In this document: in pieces, positions 9,547 through 18,475 of the stretch
Layout: every line of letters starts with the position of its first letter
Numbering within the stretch: position 1 is the stretch's first letter
Source of the DNA: Nitrospirota bacterium
Lineage (GTDB): Bacteria; Nitrospirota; UBA9217
Assembly (NCBI GenBank): GCA_963737155.1
Contig: CAVTRN010000001.1
Location: 832,001-896,000, forward strand
Direction of reading: 5' to 3'
DNA: 64,000 nt
Program-made: the position numbers and the translations under genes
Notes under the pieces: generated by a model
Seen by the model: only the letters and a program-made list of their open reading frames with translations
What the model was told of the DNA's origin: nothing
Database searches by the model: none

Positions 9547-10659
9547 ATGAAAGATTCTATCACAATCGTAGGACTCGATTCAGCAAAAAACTCCATAGCT
9601 GTAGCAACGGCCGAAATTGGCGGCAGCCAAGAGGTTCGCTACTACGGCAAAATCGGCGGCGACATGGCGTCATTGGACAAAATGGTCAGAAAGCTTGAAA
9701 GCAAAGGCTCAGAACTGCACTTCGTCTATGAAGCCGGGCCGTGTGGTTACGAAATATACCGCCATCTAACCAAGAGAGGTTACAAATGCACGGTTGTGGC
9801 ACCATCGCTGATTCCCAAGAAAAGCGGAGATCGCGTCAAGACCGATCGTCGTGACGCGCAAAGTCTAGCCAGGCTGTATCGGGCCGGAGAACTGACTCCT
9901 GTTTACGTGCCCCAAGAGGATGAGGAAGCCATGAGAGACCTGACCCGATGCCGCGAAGACGCAGTCAAGGCCCATCGCACTGCCCGGCAGAGGTTAGGCG
10001 CGATGCTCCTGCGGCATGGACACCGTTACTCTGGAGAAACCGCATGGACCCAAGCCCACATGCGCTGGTTGTCTGATATCAAGATGCCACACCCTGCACA
10101 GCAGATCACGCTGCAAGAGTACATCAACACGGTGAAGGAATGCGCAGAGCGTGTGGCCCGGCTTACGGAGCAGATTCAAACGCTTATGCCCACATGCCGA
10201 ACGGCCCCTGTTGCACTCGCAATCCAATCGTTACGCGGCATCGCGGATGTAACTGCCGCGACCACCATGGCCGAGATCGGAGACTTGGGACGTTTTGAAA
10301 ATCCCAAGCAGCTCATGGGATACCTTGGATTGGTCCCTTCCGAATACTCCAGCGGCGACAGCACCAGACGGGGTGCTATCACCAAAACCGGAAACACCCA
10401 CGTCAGGCGCGCATTGATTGAAGCGGCCCAAGCCTACAGTCTGCCGGCCCGAGTGAGCCGGGTAATCCTCAAGCGGCAGGAGGGGCTGCCGAAAAATATC
10501 TGTGATATCTCCTGGAAAGCCCAGGTGCGTCTCTGCGGACGGTTCCGTAAACTCACGGCCAAAGGGAAGCCCAGGAACAAGGTGGTAACCGCCATTGCCA
10601 GGGAACTATGCGGCTTCATATGGGCAATTGCCCGGGAAGTGAATCTCCAGAGCGCATAA
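9547..10659 (+). CDS. IS110-family DEDD transposase/recombinase
   Basis: VGLD, YEAGPCG, KTDRRDA and GLVPSEYSSG (catalytic Ser) motifs; AGGAGG RBS. Confidence 0.95.
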   Translation: MKDSITIVGLDSAKNSIAVATAEIGGSQEVRYYGKIGGDMASLDKMVRKLESKGSELHFVYEAGPCGYEIYRHLTKRGYKCTVVAPSLIPKKSGDRVKTDRRDAQSLARLYRAGELTPVYVPQEDEEAMRDLTRCREDAVKAHRTARQRLGAMLLRHGHRYSGETAWTQAHMRWLSDIKMPHPAQQITLQEYINTVKECAERVARLTEQIQTLMPTCRTAPVALAIQSLRGIADVTAATTMAEIGDLGRFENPKQLMGYLGLVPSEYSSGDSTRRGAITKTGNTHVRRALIEAAQAYSLPARVSRVILKRQEGLPKNICDISWKAQVRLCGRFRKLTAKGKPRNKVVTAIARELCGFIWAIAREVNLQSA

Positions 10660-10933
10660 GAAGATTAACCCAAGAACAAGGCGTCACACAAAACTTGAGG
10701 GGGTATCTTGGCATGGACTGTCTCTGGAAAATCAATCCTGGGGCATTTATGAAAGAAAAAATCAACCCTCAAAGGTAAAAACCGCTCAAATCGTCAACAT
10801 AGGCGGAAGCATCGAGCTTTCCAAAGAACAGGATCAAAAACTTGAAGTCACCCGGTAACAATGGCGACTCAAACGACTGAGGCAAAACAAAGGAGGACGC
10901 AAGCAAACAATAAACAACCTCCAAGGCATAAGC

Positions 10934-11097
10934 GGGGACGCGGCCACGTTTACGGAGAATCCTCGTCCAAACTATGGAATAAGGCAATGCCGAACTTCCG
11001 TTAATAGAGCGAGGCAGCTCCGCGGCGAAGAAAGGTCTTGCGGTCAAACCCGCGAATATCAGAGTGATCAAACGTCGCACAAGTCGGCCCCGTCCCT
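10934..11097 (+). ncRNA. Putative bridge/seek RNA of the IS1111 element
   Basis: Closing stem GGGGACGCGGCC/GGCCCCGTCCC with two internal loops whose segments match the insertion site and the circle junction. Confidence 0.75.
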
Positions 11098-11252
11098 CCT
11101 TACGCCTTGGAACATATTGAAACAACGAACCCTTTGAAAAAAAGGGGCAGGAGACTATTTTCCCTATTGACAACTGTCAACCATATCAGTTTGTTAACTT
11201 GATCGGTTTAAAGAACTGGCAACATCACTAGAAAAAGGATACACTTGCCGAA

Positions 11253-11873
11253 TTAAATTCGGCGCGCATTGTCATCAGGATAGACGTACTCCATGTGTTT
11301 GGCTGTCGCCCTGGCAACATTTTCCCCGTAATGGAGCGCCACTACCTTAAGTGCCATGTCGATGCCTGCAGAAATTCCAGCCGATGTAAACACGCGCCCG
11401 TCCACAACAACATGCTTGTCATATTCAACTTTTACAGAGGGAAATGAATCACGCATCCAATCCAATGAACGCCAATGCGTCGTAGCGTGGAGTCCGTTTA
11501 ACAACCCCGCGGACCCAAGAAGCATAGCCCCAGTACAAACTGATGATAACGTTTCAACCTCCGATGCACGATGCCGTAACCAATCAAGCATTGCGAGGTT
11601 CTGTAGTGCCTTCCGAGTGCCCCACCCGCCAGGAACTACAAGAATGTCCACTTTAGGGCAGCTGTCAAATGTATAGTCTGGAAGTACCCTCATACTCCCT
11701 GCTGTCACTACTTGAGATAATTTCTCCGCAACGAGTAATATTTCAAAAGGTGAATCCTCTTCGCGTCGTTTCTCTTCGTTTAATCGGGTTACGGAAAACA
11801 CCTCAAAGGGACCGCAGAAATCGAGTACTTCGACATCCTCAAACAATACAATGGCAACACGCTTTCTTTCCAT
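11253..11873 (-). CDS. DJ-1/PfpI family protein (InhA-like)
   Basis: EVLDFCGPFEVF, VVPGGWG, SVCTG, ATTHW and TSAGISAGID motifs. Confidence 0.9.
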   Translation of the reverse strand: MERKRVAIVLFEDVEVLDFCGPFEVFSVTRLNEEKRREEDSPFEILLVAEKLSQVVTAGSMRVLPDYTFDSCPKVDILVVPGGWGTRKALQNLAMLDWLRHRASEVETLSSVCTGAMLLGSAGLLNGLHATTHWRSLDWMRDSFPSVKVEYDKHVVVDGRVFTSAGISAGIDMALKVVALHYGENVARATAKHMEYVYPDDNARRI

Positions 11874-12575
11874 CAACTATGCCCTTTTAATTTTCCCCTT
11901 AGATTGATGTACAAGCATTCGTTTGGTTTTACACACATGTTTCAGTTGTCACATTTACCTGTGCCCACCATGCTCATGATGCAGTATATAGGAAGAAAAC
12001 TGCGCCGCATGTTTCAACCACGAAACTACACACCTTCTTAAACTATTTCTATTTCATGTCCACCTAAAAGGTAGCAATGTCACCCACTTGAAGGCGCACC
12101 GTCAAGAGAAACAGTCAACTTTTCTCAAGAGAAATGATATTTTCTTGTCGATGTTTTATCAGTCATCAACAGGCATACCATTGCTGTAGTTTCATTTAGT
12201 TTGTGTATCAGCAGTGCTGTACCACTTACCCATCTGGATTAAGGTCTTGTTGGTGATGAGCGGCTTTCAGCAGCACCCTTTCCCCGCTGAGCGGGGAGCA
12301 AAAAATCATCGGCTCCTTGCCGTGCCCATAAAAGATTATAACAATACTTGTGGTTTTTTTACCAGCCTCTGAGTGGTTCACGGCACGGGCAGTAACGATG
12401 CTGATGACCCTATAGTTTTGGGTGGAATGGTTTACCAATCAATTTTTTAGTCTTCCACCAGTGCACCTGGGTCCCGCTCCGGCCATCTTGTCATCATTAT
12501 AGACCTGCCCCCAAGATGGTGTTGCAAAGAAAGACGAGAACGGACCTGTCCCTAAGATGTTCCCTTCTAACCTCA

Positions 12576-12698
12576 CTACTTCGATCCAAACGTGTTCTTT
12601 GGCTGATGGTCCTTCTTCTGCTGTACTTCATGCTCATGCTTCATTATTTTCTGCTTCTGACTCTTATCTTTGCCCTTCTTGCCACCCTTGTCTCCCAT
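12576..12698 (-). CDS. 40-aa Lys/Gln-rich small protein (MGDKGGKK...)
   Basis: AAGGAGG RBS 6 nt before ATG; below the ORF-track size cutoff. Confidence 0.55.
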   Translation of the reverse strand: MGDKGGKKGKDKSQKQKIMKHEHEVQQKKDHQPKNTFGSK

Positions 12699-12878
12699 CG
12701 TGCGCCTCCTTTTTACACCTGCATATAGTGCATGTAAGCAGTATACCATATTTATGCTTTCTAGTAGTTGCAGAGGACAGATTAGGGGACCTATTTCACG
12801 TCGCTTTTCTTGGCCCGCTTTTTTCGCTTTATTCTTCCTGCCTGCTAAGTACGCCTCCTCGGGCCTCCATCTAAAAGA

Positions 12879-13090
12879 AATCCTGGCGAGCTGCTAGGGG
12901 AGGATTATATGCCTGATTACGGCTTAACAATATCAAGTTTGGCCGAGAAACTTGGGGTATCGCGTCAGACGATTAATGAACTGCTCCGTGAGCGGAGTTT
13001 GATTTCGCCCGCGATGGCACTACGGCTATCCCGGCTATTCGGCAATACGCCCAAATTTGGCTGAAGGCTTAGCATGCCGTTGATCTTTAG
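12879..13090 (+). pseudogene. higA: HigA-family antitoxin remnant
   Basis: Reads PGELLGEDYMPDYGLTISSLAEKLGVSRQTINELLRERSLISPAMALRLSRLFGNTP, then a frameshift to WLKA*HAVDL; start missing. Confidence 0.8.
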
Positions 13091-13220
13091 TATTCTCCGC
13101 TATTCTTTAAAGCGTCTATCCAATATGGAACTGTGGTGTGGCCGAGAAATATTGAAATTGTACCCGAGACGTTCTGGACCCGATAGGTGCACGAAGAGTC
13201 GGCCCTGTCCTCTATGCCAT

Positions 13221-15008
13221 TCAACCTTTGTTTGCGCTTTCTATTGTTGCCTTGATCCGCGCAAGCCTACTTTTTATTTCATCCAGCTTCCCCGTTGTCT
13301 CGGCCAACATCTGCTTTCGCACCTCGACATCATGTGCGCCCTTCGACCTCTGCACCATGCCTTTTTCGATCGCACTGGCAATCCCCTCTATAGTTGTGTC
13401 GATCTTCTGGAAAATTTCCCAGCGGAAGGCGAGCTTGCTTTTATCCAGGCGTTCTTCAAAATCGTTTCCTGCCCTGGCGGCCTGCATGGTCACAACTCTC
13501 TGGAGGTATTCCTTCATCTTCTTAAGGATAATTTTATCGCCAATGAATTTCGGCAGGGCAAGGGTTAAGGTTGAAGCAATGATCGCCATGCCCACAGGTT
13601 GTTCCTTAAACCTGTAGTAGAAGTCGGACTTGACGCTCCAGAGGGCTTCCGCCTTGACCGTATCGAAGGGTACGGAGAATAGCTCGGAGGAATAGTGCAG
13701 CAGCTCATCCACCGTTTCATTGATCTTGGTAATGAACCGTTTGCAGATGGCTTCAAAGGCCCTTGCGAGCCGTTCGTCTTCCATGGCGCGCCAGGTGATA
13801 AACGCCTGCTTGACATGAACAATGACAGCTTGCTCAAGGGTGCTACGAAGATCTTTGAGGGAAAGGCCCTTATTCTGTTCAAATTGCTCTGTGAGATGCT
13901 CATGTTCGCGAGTCATCAGGTCCCTGACGAATCCCTGCAGATCATCGTTCAGTTCGCCCTTGTCCAATCGTGAGACTTCGCCCTCTAGCAGGATCTCGAA
14001 GTCCCGCTTCACCTGCTCCACTTCGCCTTTTTTACTTTCAAATGCCCGCAATTTGTCTTTCAGTTGTTCGAGCGGTGATGTGAGCGACTTCAGTTCAAGT
14101 TCCAATTCGAGCTTTGCCTGAGAAATACTCCTGAGCAGGTTGTTTGTGACGGAGAGGATGAGTACATTTCCCTTCTCTTCCATCAAAAACCTATGTAAGT
14201 CTTTGGAAAAAGGGGGAAGCCTGCTTTTCTCCATCAGCTCCGCGGACTTCGCGGCCACCGCGTCAAGGGCGAGCCGCGCAGAGATAGGGAAGAGCTTTAC
14301 CTCAGAACGCATGACATCCTTCAGCCCATGCTTGGAAAATTCAATGGACTCCTTAAGATCGTTCTCCCGCAGGTAATCGGCCTTGTTCAGAACAAAGAAT
14401 ATTTTGTTTGAATACTCTTTCACGTCCCTCAAGAAGTCAAGCTCGGCCCTGCTCATTGGCTGATCCACAGAGAGAAGAAAGAGCGCGGCATCCGATTTTG
14501 GCAAATACTGGTACGCAACATCCGTATTGTGTTGATATATCGAGCCAACGCCAGGTGTATCGATAAGCCGTACACCGTCCTTAAGATAAGGTGAAGGGTA
14601 CGAGAGGATCACTTCGCGGACATCTTTTACATTTTTCGGATTGCCTTTTTCCGTAACATATTCCACGAGACTATCCGACTTGATTTCGGCGATTTTGCCG
14701 TCATTGAAATATACTTTGATCCTGAGCGCTTCGCCCCAGGTCATAATGGTCACGATGGAGGTAAGCGGAACGACCGCTACAGGTAGGATTTCGGCACCCA
14801 AGAGCGCATTTACGAGGCTTGTTTTTCCGCGCTTGAACTGGCCAACAACCACAAGATTGAAGGTGTTGCTCCTAACCTTTTCTTTCAGATCTTCGCAGGC
14901 GCAGCTCCGGATGTTCTCGATCATAAGCATTTCGTCCATGCACTGCAAGAGGCCGTTTTTCAGTTGGGCATATTTTGAGGTTGAAGATGGTTGCACTGCC
15001 GGATTCAC
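13221..15008 (-). CDS. Bacterial dynamin-like protein (Dynamin_N GTPase plus helical stalk)
   Basis: G1 GQFKRGKTS, G2 VVPLT, G3 DTPG and G4 NKAD; long coiled-coil C-terminus with a hydrophobic paddle-like segment (GMAIIASTLTLALP). Confidence 0.9.
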   Translation of the reverse strand: MNPAVQPSSTSKYAQLKNGLLQCMDEMLMIENIRSCACEDLKEKVRSNTFNLVVVGQFKRGKTSLVNALLGAEILPVAVVPLTSIVTIMTWGEALRIKVYFNDGKIAEIKSDSLVEYVTEKGNPKNVKDVREVILSYPSPYLKDGVRLIDTPGVGSIYQHNTDVAYQYLPKSDAALFLLSVDQPMSRAELDFLRDVKEYSNKIFFVLNKADYLRENDLKESIEFSKHGLKDVMRSEVKLFPISARLALDAVAAKSAELMEKSRLPPFSKDLHRFLMEEKGNVLILSVTNNLLRSISQAKLELELELKSLTSPLEQLKDKLRAFESKKGEVEQVKRDFEILLEGEVSRLDKGELNDDLQGFVRDLMTREHEHLTEQFEQNKGLSLKDLRSTLEQAVIVHVKQAFITWRAMEDERLARAFEAICKRFITKINETVDELLHYSSELFSVPFDTVKAEALWSVKSDFYYRFKEQPVGMAIIASTLTLALPKFIGDKIILKKMKEYLQRVVTMQAARAGNDFEERLDKSKLAFRWEIFQKIDTTIEGIASAIEKGMVQRSKGAHDVEVRKQMLAETTGKLDEIKSRLARIKATIESANKG

Positions 15009-15028
15009 GCTATGGTCTCCTGTACATA

Positions 15029-15065
15029 GAAAAAACTCCTACCCTCAGGCTTAGAGAGTAGGAGT
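15029..15065 (-). terminator. Expression-platform terminator of fluoride riboswitch 2
   Basis: ACTCCTACTCTC-TAAGCCT-GAGGGTAGGAGT-TTTTT; the 5' arm overlaps the aptamer 3' strand. Confidence 0.8.
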
Positions 15066-15108
15066 CATCAGCTTCACAAGAAGCGGTTAATGGCGAACTC
15101 CATCACCG
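15055..15108 (-). promoter_or_regulatory. Fluoride riboswitch (crcB motif) upstream of the dynamin-like gene
   Basis: GGTGATGGAGTTCGCCATTAACCGC...GCTGATGACTCCTAC matches the crcB aptamer consensus. Confidence 0.92.
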
Positions 15109-15168
15109 TAATTCAAACCAATCACCTATTGGTCATGTTTGTCAAAAAAGGCCAGGGATTCTGTGCAA

Positions 15169-15414
15169 TCATTCGAAACCGCTTTCCTGATTTTCCTTAT
15201 TTTCCGCGCCTTCTTTTGCTTTTTCACCTTCGCTAGCAGCCTCTCCCTGTGAACTGTCTTCCTCTTCGGGTTCCTCGATCTCCTGCCCAGCATGCTTTGC
15301 TAATACGCTCCGTTCTGCATCGAGCCAATCATCAAGATCATGACCGCGGATATACCCTCTCGTCTCATATAGTTGATAGGCAACCGCTGCGATCTCACCA
15401 TGCAGATTCATCAC
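15169..15414 (-). CDS. DUF2934 family small protein
   Basis: IAAVAYQLYETRGYIRGHDLDDWLDAE signature; acidic tail. Confidence 0.8.
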   Translation of the reverse strand: MMNLHGEIAAVAYQLYETRGYIRGHDLDDWLDAERSVLAKHAGQEIEEPEEEDSSQGEAASEGEKAKEGAENKENQESGFE

Positions 15415-15508
15415 TTTTCTCCTTCATATCGCAATGAGACGGTCATTCTCGCAGGTGATACAGGTTGGACTCTATCGTGCAATGATTCAGCGAAATTGAC
15501 AGGCACTC

Positions 15509-16228
15509 TCAACCGTCAACCAGGCCAGCGGCGTCTCTATGGGTGTACTTTATCACATTCACGTCCGAAAGGACGACGATCCCTTCTCCCACCAGTTCAT
15601 CAAGGATGGGGATAACTTTATTGATTTTCTCTTCGCTGTCCATGACGGTGATCAGGATCGGAAGTTCGCCATGCATCGTCATGGTTTTCTTTTTGTGATA
15701 GCGCTTGTGCGGGCCGTACCCTGCGATGGCCTTGTAAACCGTTGCTCCCGCGATATCGGTCATGATAAGCCTTTTTACTATAGCTTCGTACAGCGGTTCG
15801 CCTTCCCACTTGTCATCCTCGCTGATTAAGATACGGAGCATTTTTGCCTTGCCTTCTAGCTTCATATGTTCTCCTTGTTTTTCGCGCTTCTCCTCCGCCT
15901 TCGGGCAGCACTTGATGACGTTCGTGTCTGCGATCTCCACCATGCCCTTTTCTACTACATGGTAAATGTCCGGGAGCACCTTGTTGATCATCTCCTCGGA
16001 TTCTACCACCTCGATCTTCATTGGCATGCTCGTGGACATTTCAAGCATCTTGGCCGTATGAAAGAGGCCGTCGCTTCCATAGCCCGCAATGCCACGGAAT
16101 ACACTAACGCCCACGATCTTTTTTTTGAAAAAGATATCGAGCAGTACTTCATAGACGGGCTTTCCGTGGAACTTGTCCGTCTCATCTACATAGACAGTCA
16201 GTTTTTTCGCCGGCCCATTGGTTACCAT
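15509..16228 (-). CDS. Tandem DUF190 (COG1993, PII-like) protein
   Basis: Two repeats (KLTVYVDETDKFHGKP..GVSVFRGIAGYG and MLRILISEDDKWEGEP..GATVYKAIAGYG); lies next to crcB. Confidence 0.88.
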   Translation of the reverse strand: MVTNGPAKKLTVYVDETDKFHGKPVYEVLLDIFFKKKIVGVSVFRGIAGYGSDGLFHTAKMLEMSTSMPMKIEVVESEEMINKVLPDIYHVVEKGMVEIADTNVIKCCPKAEEKREKQGEHMKLEGKAKMLRILISEDDKWEGEPLYEAIVKRLIMTDIAGATVYKAIAGYGPHKRYHKKKTMTMHGELPILITVMDSEEKINKVIPILDELVGEGIVVLSDVNVIKYTHRDAAGLVDG

Positions 16229-16238
16229 GCTTTGTCTC

Positions 16239-16613
16239 CTATATCCCCTTTGCAATCACTTCACCCAGCTTCAAGGCCATGAATCCAACGACAACGCTTA
16301 AAACCATATTGAGCGCTGCGAAACCAAGTTCTCCGTCAATGACCAGTTTGCCGGTCTCATACTGAAATGTTGAGAATGTAGTGTAACCGCCCAGTCCCCC
16401 GACAACGAGAAGCAGTCTCCACTGCGGATTTTCCAGGAAGCGTTCCGCCATCAGAGTCATGAGAAAACCGATAAGAAAGCTTCCGCTGACGTTAATCAGA
16501 AAGGTCCCGAGGGGAAAGCTCCTTCCCCACCGTTGGCCGATCCAGGTTGCCAGCATGAAGCGCGCAACGGAGCCGATGCCACCGCCCGCGAAAACTACAA
16601 TATAGTTTATCAT
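16239..16613 (-). CDS. crcB: Fluoride efflux channel Fluc/CrcB
   Basis: GGGIGSVARF, FPLGTFLINVSGSF and GGYTTFSTF motifs. Confidence 0.95.
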   Translation of the reverse strand: MINYIVVFAGGGIGSVARFMLATWIGQRWGRSFPLGTFLINVSGSFLIGFLMTLMAERFLENPQWRLLLVVGGLGGYTTFSTFQYETGKLVIDGELGFAALNMVLSVVVGFMALKLGEVIAKGI

Positions 16614-16634
16614 GGATAGTATGTCCCTTGATCG

Positions 16635-17059
16635 TTATTTTACGATTGCTACAGTGCACGGAGCATAGGTCGTCACGCGTTTTGATACCGATCCCAGAAG
16701 CCAGGTCGCTATTTTCGATTTGCCCCGCTGGCCTACAAAGACCATGTCGCGCTTTTTTTCGATGGCATATTTTATAATTTGATCCGCTGGATGGCCGACA
16801 ACGATCTCTGTTGTAATTTCAATATTATATGTCTTCGCTTTGTCCCTGAGTCCTTTGAACAGTCCTTCGTAATGCTCAGTAGCGCCGTCGATTATTGCAT
16901 CCATTTCGACAATATCGATAGGCTCTGGCGGCTGCGCCACCGATAAGACTGCAATCTTCGGTGATGCCCCGGTGCAAATCCGGGATATTTCAAGGCAAAG
17001 TCAAAAGCTTTATACGACTGCGGAGAGCCATCAAAGGCAACGAGTATCTTGATCAGCAT
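16635..17059 (-). pseudogene. Universal stress protein, single-base frameshift
   Basis: N-terminus MLIKILVAFDGSPQSYKAFDFAL and C-terminus GHPADQI..GQRGKS..LLGSVS are in different frames; the 425-nt span is 1 nt short, with the shift near 16988. Confidence 0.85.
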
Positions 17060-18273
17060 GGAAGCCTCCTCTTGGATAACTGCCAGGGTAATAAATTATT
17101 TCGGCGAAGCAGCAATTTTTCCCCCTTTTTCGGTAATAGATAACGAGGAACGAAGAAGGCATTCGCAATGAGGGTCGGCACAACGGCGCTCCCAATGACC
17201 GCTACGATCAGCAGGGAATACTGCACCTGATCGATGATCTTATGGGAAAGCCCGAAAAGCGCGGCAATGGAACCGAAAGTCAATCCAGTGGACATGAGAA
17301 GCGTGGTGTAGATGCCTTCCTTCTGCGCGTATTTGTACGCCTTCGTTGCTGGATACACGCCGATGATCTTCGTAATCATCTTTGTTACAAACAGCACGAG
17401 CAAAGCAACAGGCGCGGCGATAATCGCCGGGACCGACACATATGAACCGGCGCGGATGAAATAGAACGGCGTGAGCAGGCCGAATGTCAGCGTCCTGAGC
17501 CGCCTGATGAGGACGTGGTCCTTGCCCACGGTCCCAGCGAGCACCATGCCGATGATATATGCCGGCAGCACTGCTTCGCTGTCCGACCATACTGCGAGTG
17601 ACCCGAGGCCAAAAAGAACCATCAGGAGGTATTTAGCTTCGAGTTCCGACGGCCGGTCCCCGTATTTCTTGAAGAACCACGGCGTGAGATAAGGGAGAAT
17701 AAAAAATACGGCAGCTCCGACGCCGACAAAGATCAGTGTCCTCACCGTGAATGGCGCGAAGATCAGACCCAAGGCAAGGACTGCACCGAGGCCAGTGACA
17801 AAGCAAGCAGCAAGGACTGCCTTGCCGAAGTCGGTCTTGTTGAGCCCTAGTTCCAGCATCACCGCGTAGACCACGGCAACCGAGGTCGTGGAAAGGGCCA
17901 CGCCCGCCAACCAGCTTGCTTGCACGGTCCAGTGAAGGAGGTAGTACGCGGCCGCAGTGCAACCGAGAAGGTGCGAGAGAAATGAGATAAAGCCGATGGC
18001 AGTCGCTTCCTTGAGCTTAGCCTTGAACACCATAGGGTCAAGCTCCGCGCCTGCAAGAAAAGTAAGAACAATAGCACCAGTGCTGGACAGGAACTTGATC
18101 CATGGCTCGTTGGAGCCAAGTGTTGTTCCTATAAATGCGCCGATGATCAACTGGGCTACGGTGCCGACAACGATTTCCGAGAGTGCCATGGCAATTCTGA
18201 GCCAGATGGAAAACAGGGTGGCGAGCAAGGCCAGACCCAGCCAAAGCGCGGCCATTCCCCAAACCTCATGCAT
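17053..18273 (-). CDS. Cation:proton antiporter (CPA2, Na+/H+ exchanger family)
   Basis: About 12 hydrophobic segments, TFLAGAELD and LSTTSVAVV motifs; the real start is MHEVWG, downstream of the riboswitch. Confidence 0.9.
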   Translation of the reverse strand: MHEVWGMAALWLGLALLATLFSIWLRIAMALSEIVVGTVAQLIIGAFIGTTLGSNEPWIKFLSSTGAIVLTFLAGAELDPMVFKAKLKEATAIGFISFLSHLLGCTAAAYYLLHWTVQASWLAGVALSTTSVAVVYAVMLELGLNKTDFGKAVLAACFVTGLGAVLALGLIFAPFTVRTLIFVGVGAAVFFILPYLTPWFFKKYGDRPSELEAKYLLMVLFGLGSLAVWSDSEAVLPAYIIGMVLAGTVGKDHVLIRRLRTLTFGLLTPFYFIRAGSYVSVPAIIAAPVALLVLFVTKMITKIIGVYPATKAYKYAQKEGIYTTLLMSTGLTFGSIAALFGLSHKIIDQVQYSLLIVAVIGSAVVPTLIANAFFVPRYLLPKKGEKLLLRRNNLLPWQLSKRRLPC

Positions 18274-18293
18274 CCTCTGTCCTTTCCGGGCAT

Positions 18294-18374
18294 AAAAAAC
18301 TCCTGCCCTCATCATATTGAGAGTAGGAGTCATCAGCCCGAGAAACAGGGCGGTTTTGGCGAACTCCATCGCCT
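18294..18374 (-). promoter_or_regulatory. Fluoride riboswitch (crcB motif) with terminator, leading the antiporter-usp-crcB operon
   Basis: GGCGATGGAGTTCGCCAAAACCGC...GCTGATGACTCCTAC, then ...GAGGGCAGGAGTTTTT. Confidence 0.93.
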
Positions 18375-18384
18375 TCTTTTTTTA

Positions 18385-18413
18385 ATGGTATCAAAATAAG
18401 CTCTAACCGTCAA
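18385..18413 (-). promoter_or_regulatory. sigma70-type promoter for riboswitch 1
   Basis: TTGACG-17 nt-TACCAT just upstream of the aptamer. Confidence 0.6.
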
Positions 18414-18475
18414 TAGGAATATCGGGAATCGTAGAGGGTTAGACGTTTATGAGTTCTATCTTCGGCAACCTAAAT

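Larger units (their letters stand above)
9442..11187 (+). mobile_element. Complete IS110-family element, IS1111 type
   Basis: Perfect 14-bp sub-terminal IRs ATGGTTGACAGTTG (9447-9460) and CAACTGTCAACCAT (11171-11184); AG core at 9440-9441 and 11188-11189; long 3' non-coding region. Confidence 0.9.

Noticed and set aside
10769-11173. 134-aa minus-strand ORF in the IS1111 right end
   Set aside because: Antisense to the structured RNA, no RBS or recognisable domain.
9426-11199. IS1111 empty site as a dif or attC site
   Set aside because: TATATA-GTTTGTTAACT partly resembles an XerD arm, but the XerC arm is poor and no attC hairpin or integrase is present.
12170-12500. Possible eroded gene on the minus strand
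   Set aside because: Fragments could not be assigned to any family I recognise.
18274-18369. N-terminal extension MEFAKTALF... of the antiporter
   Set aside because: It is the translated riboswitch and terminator; the real start is ATG 18273.
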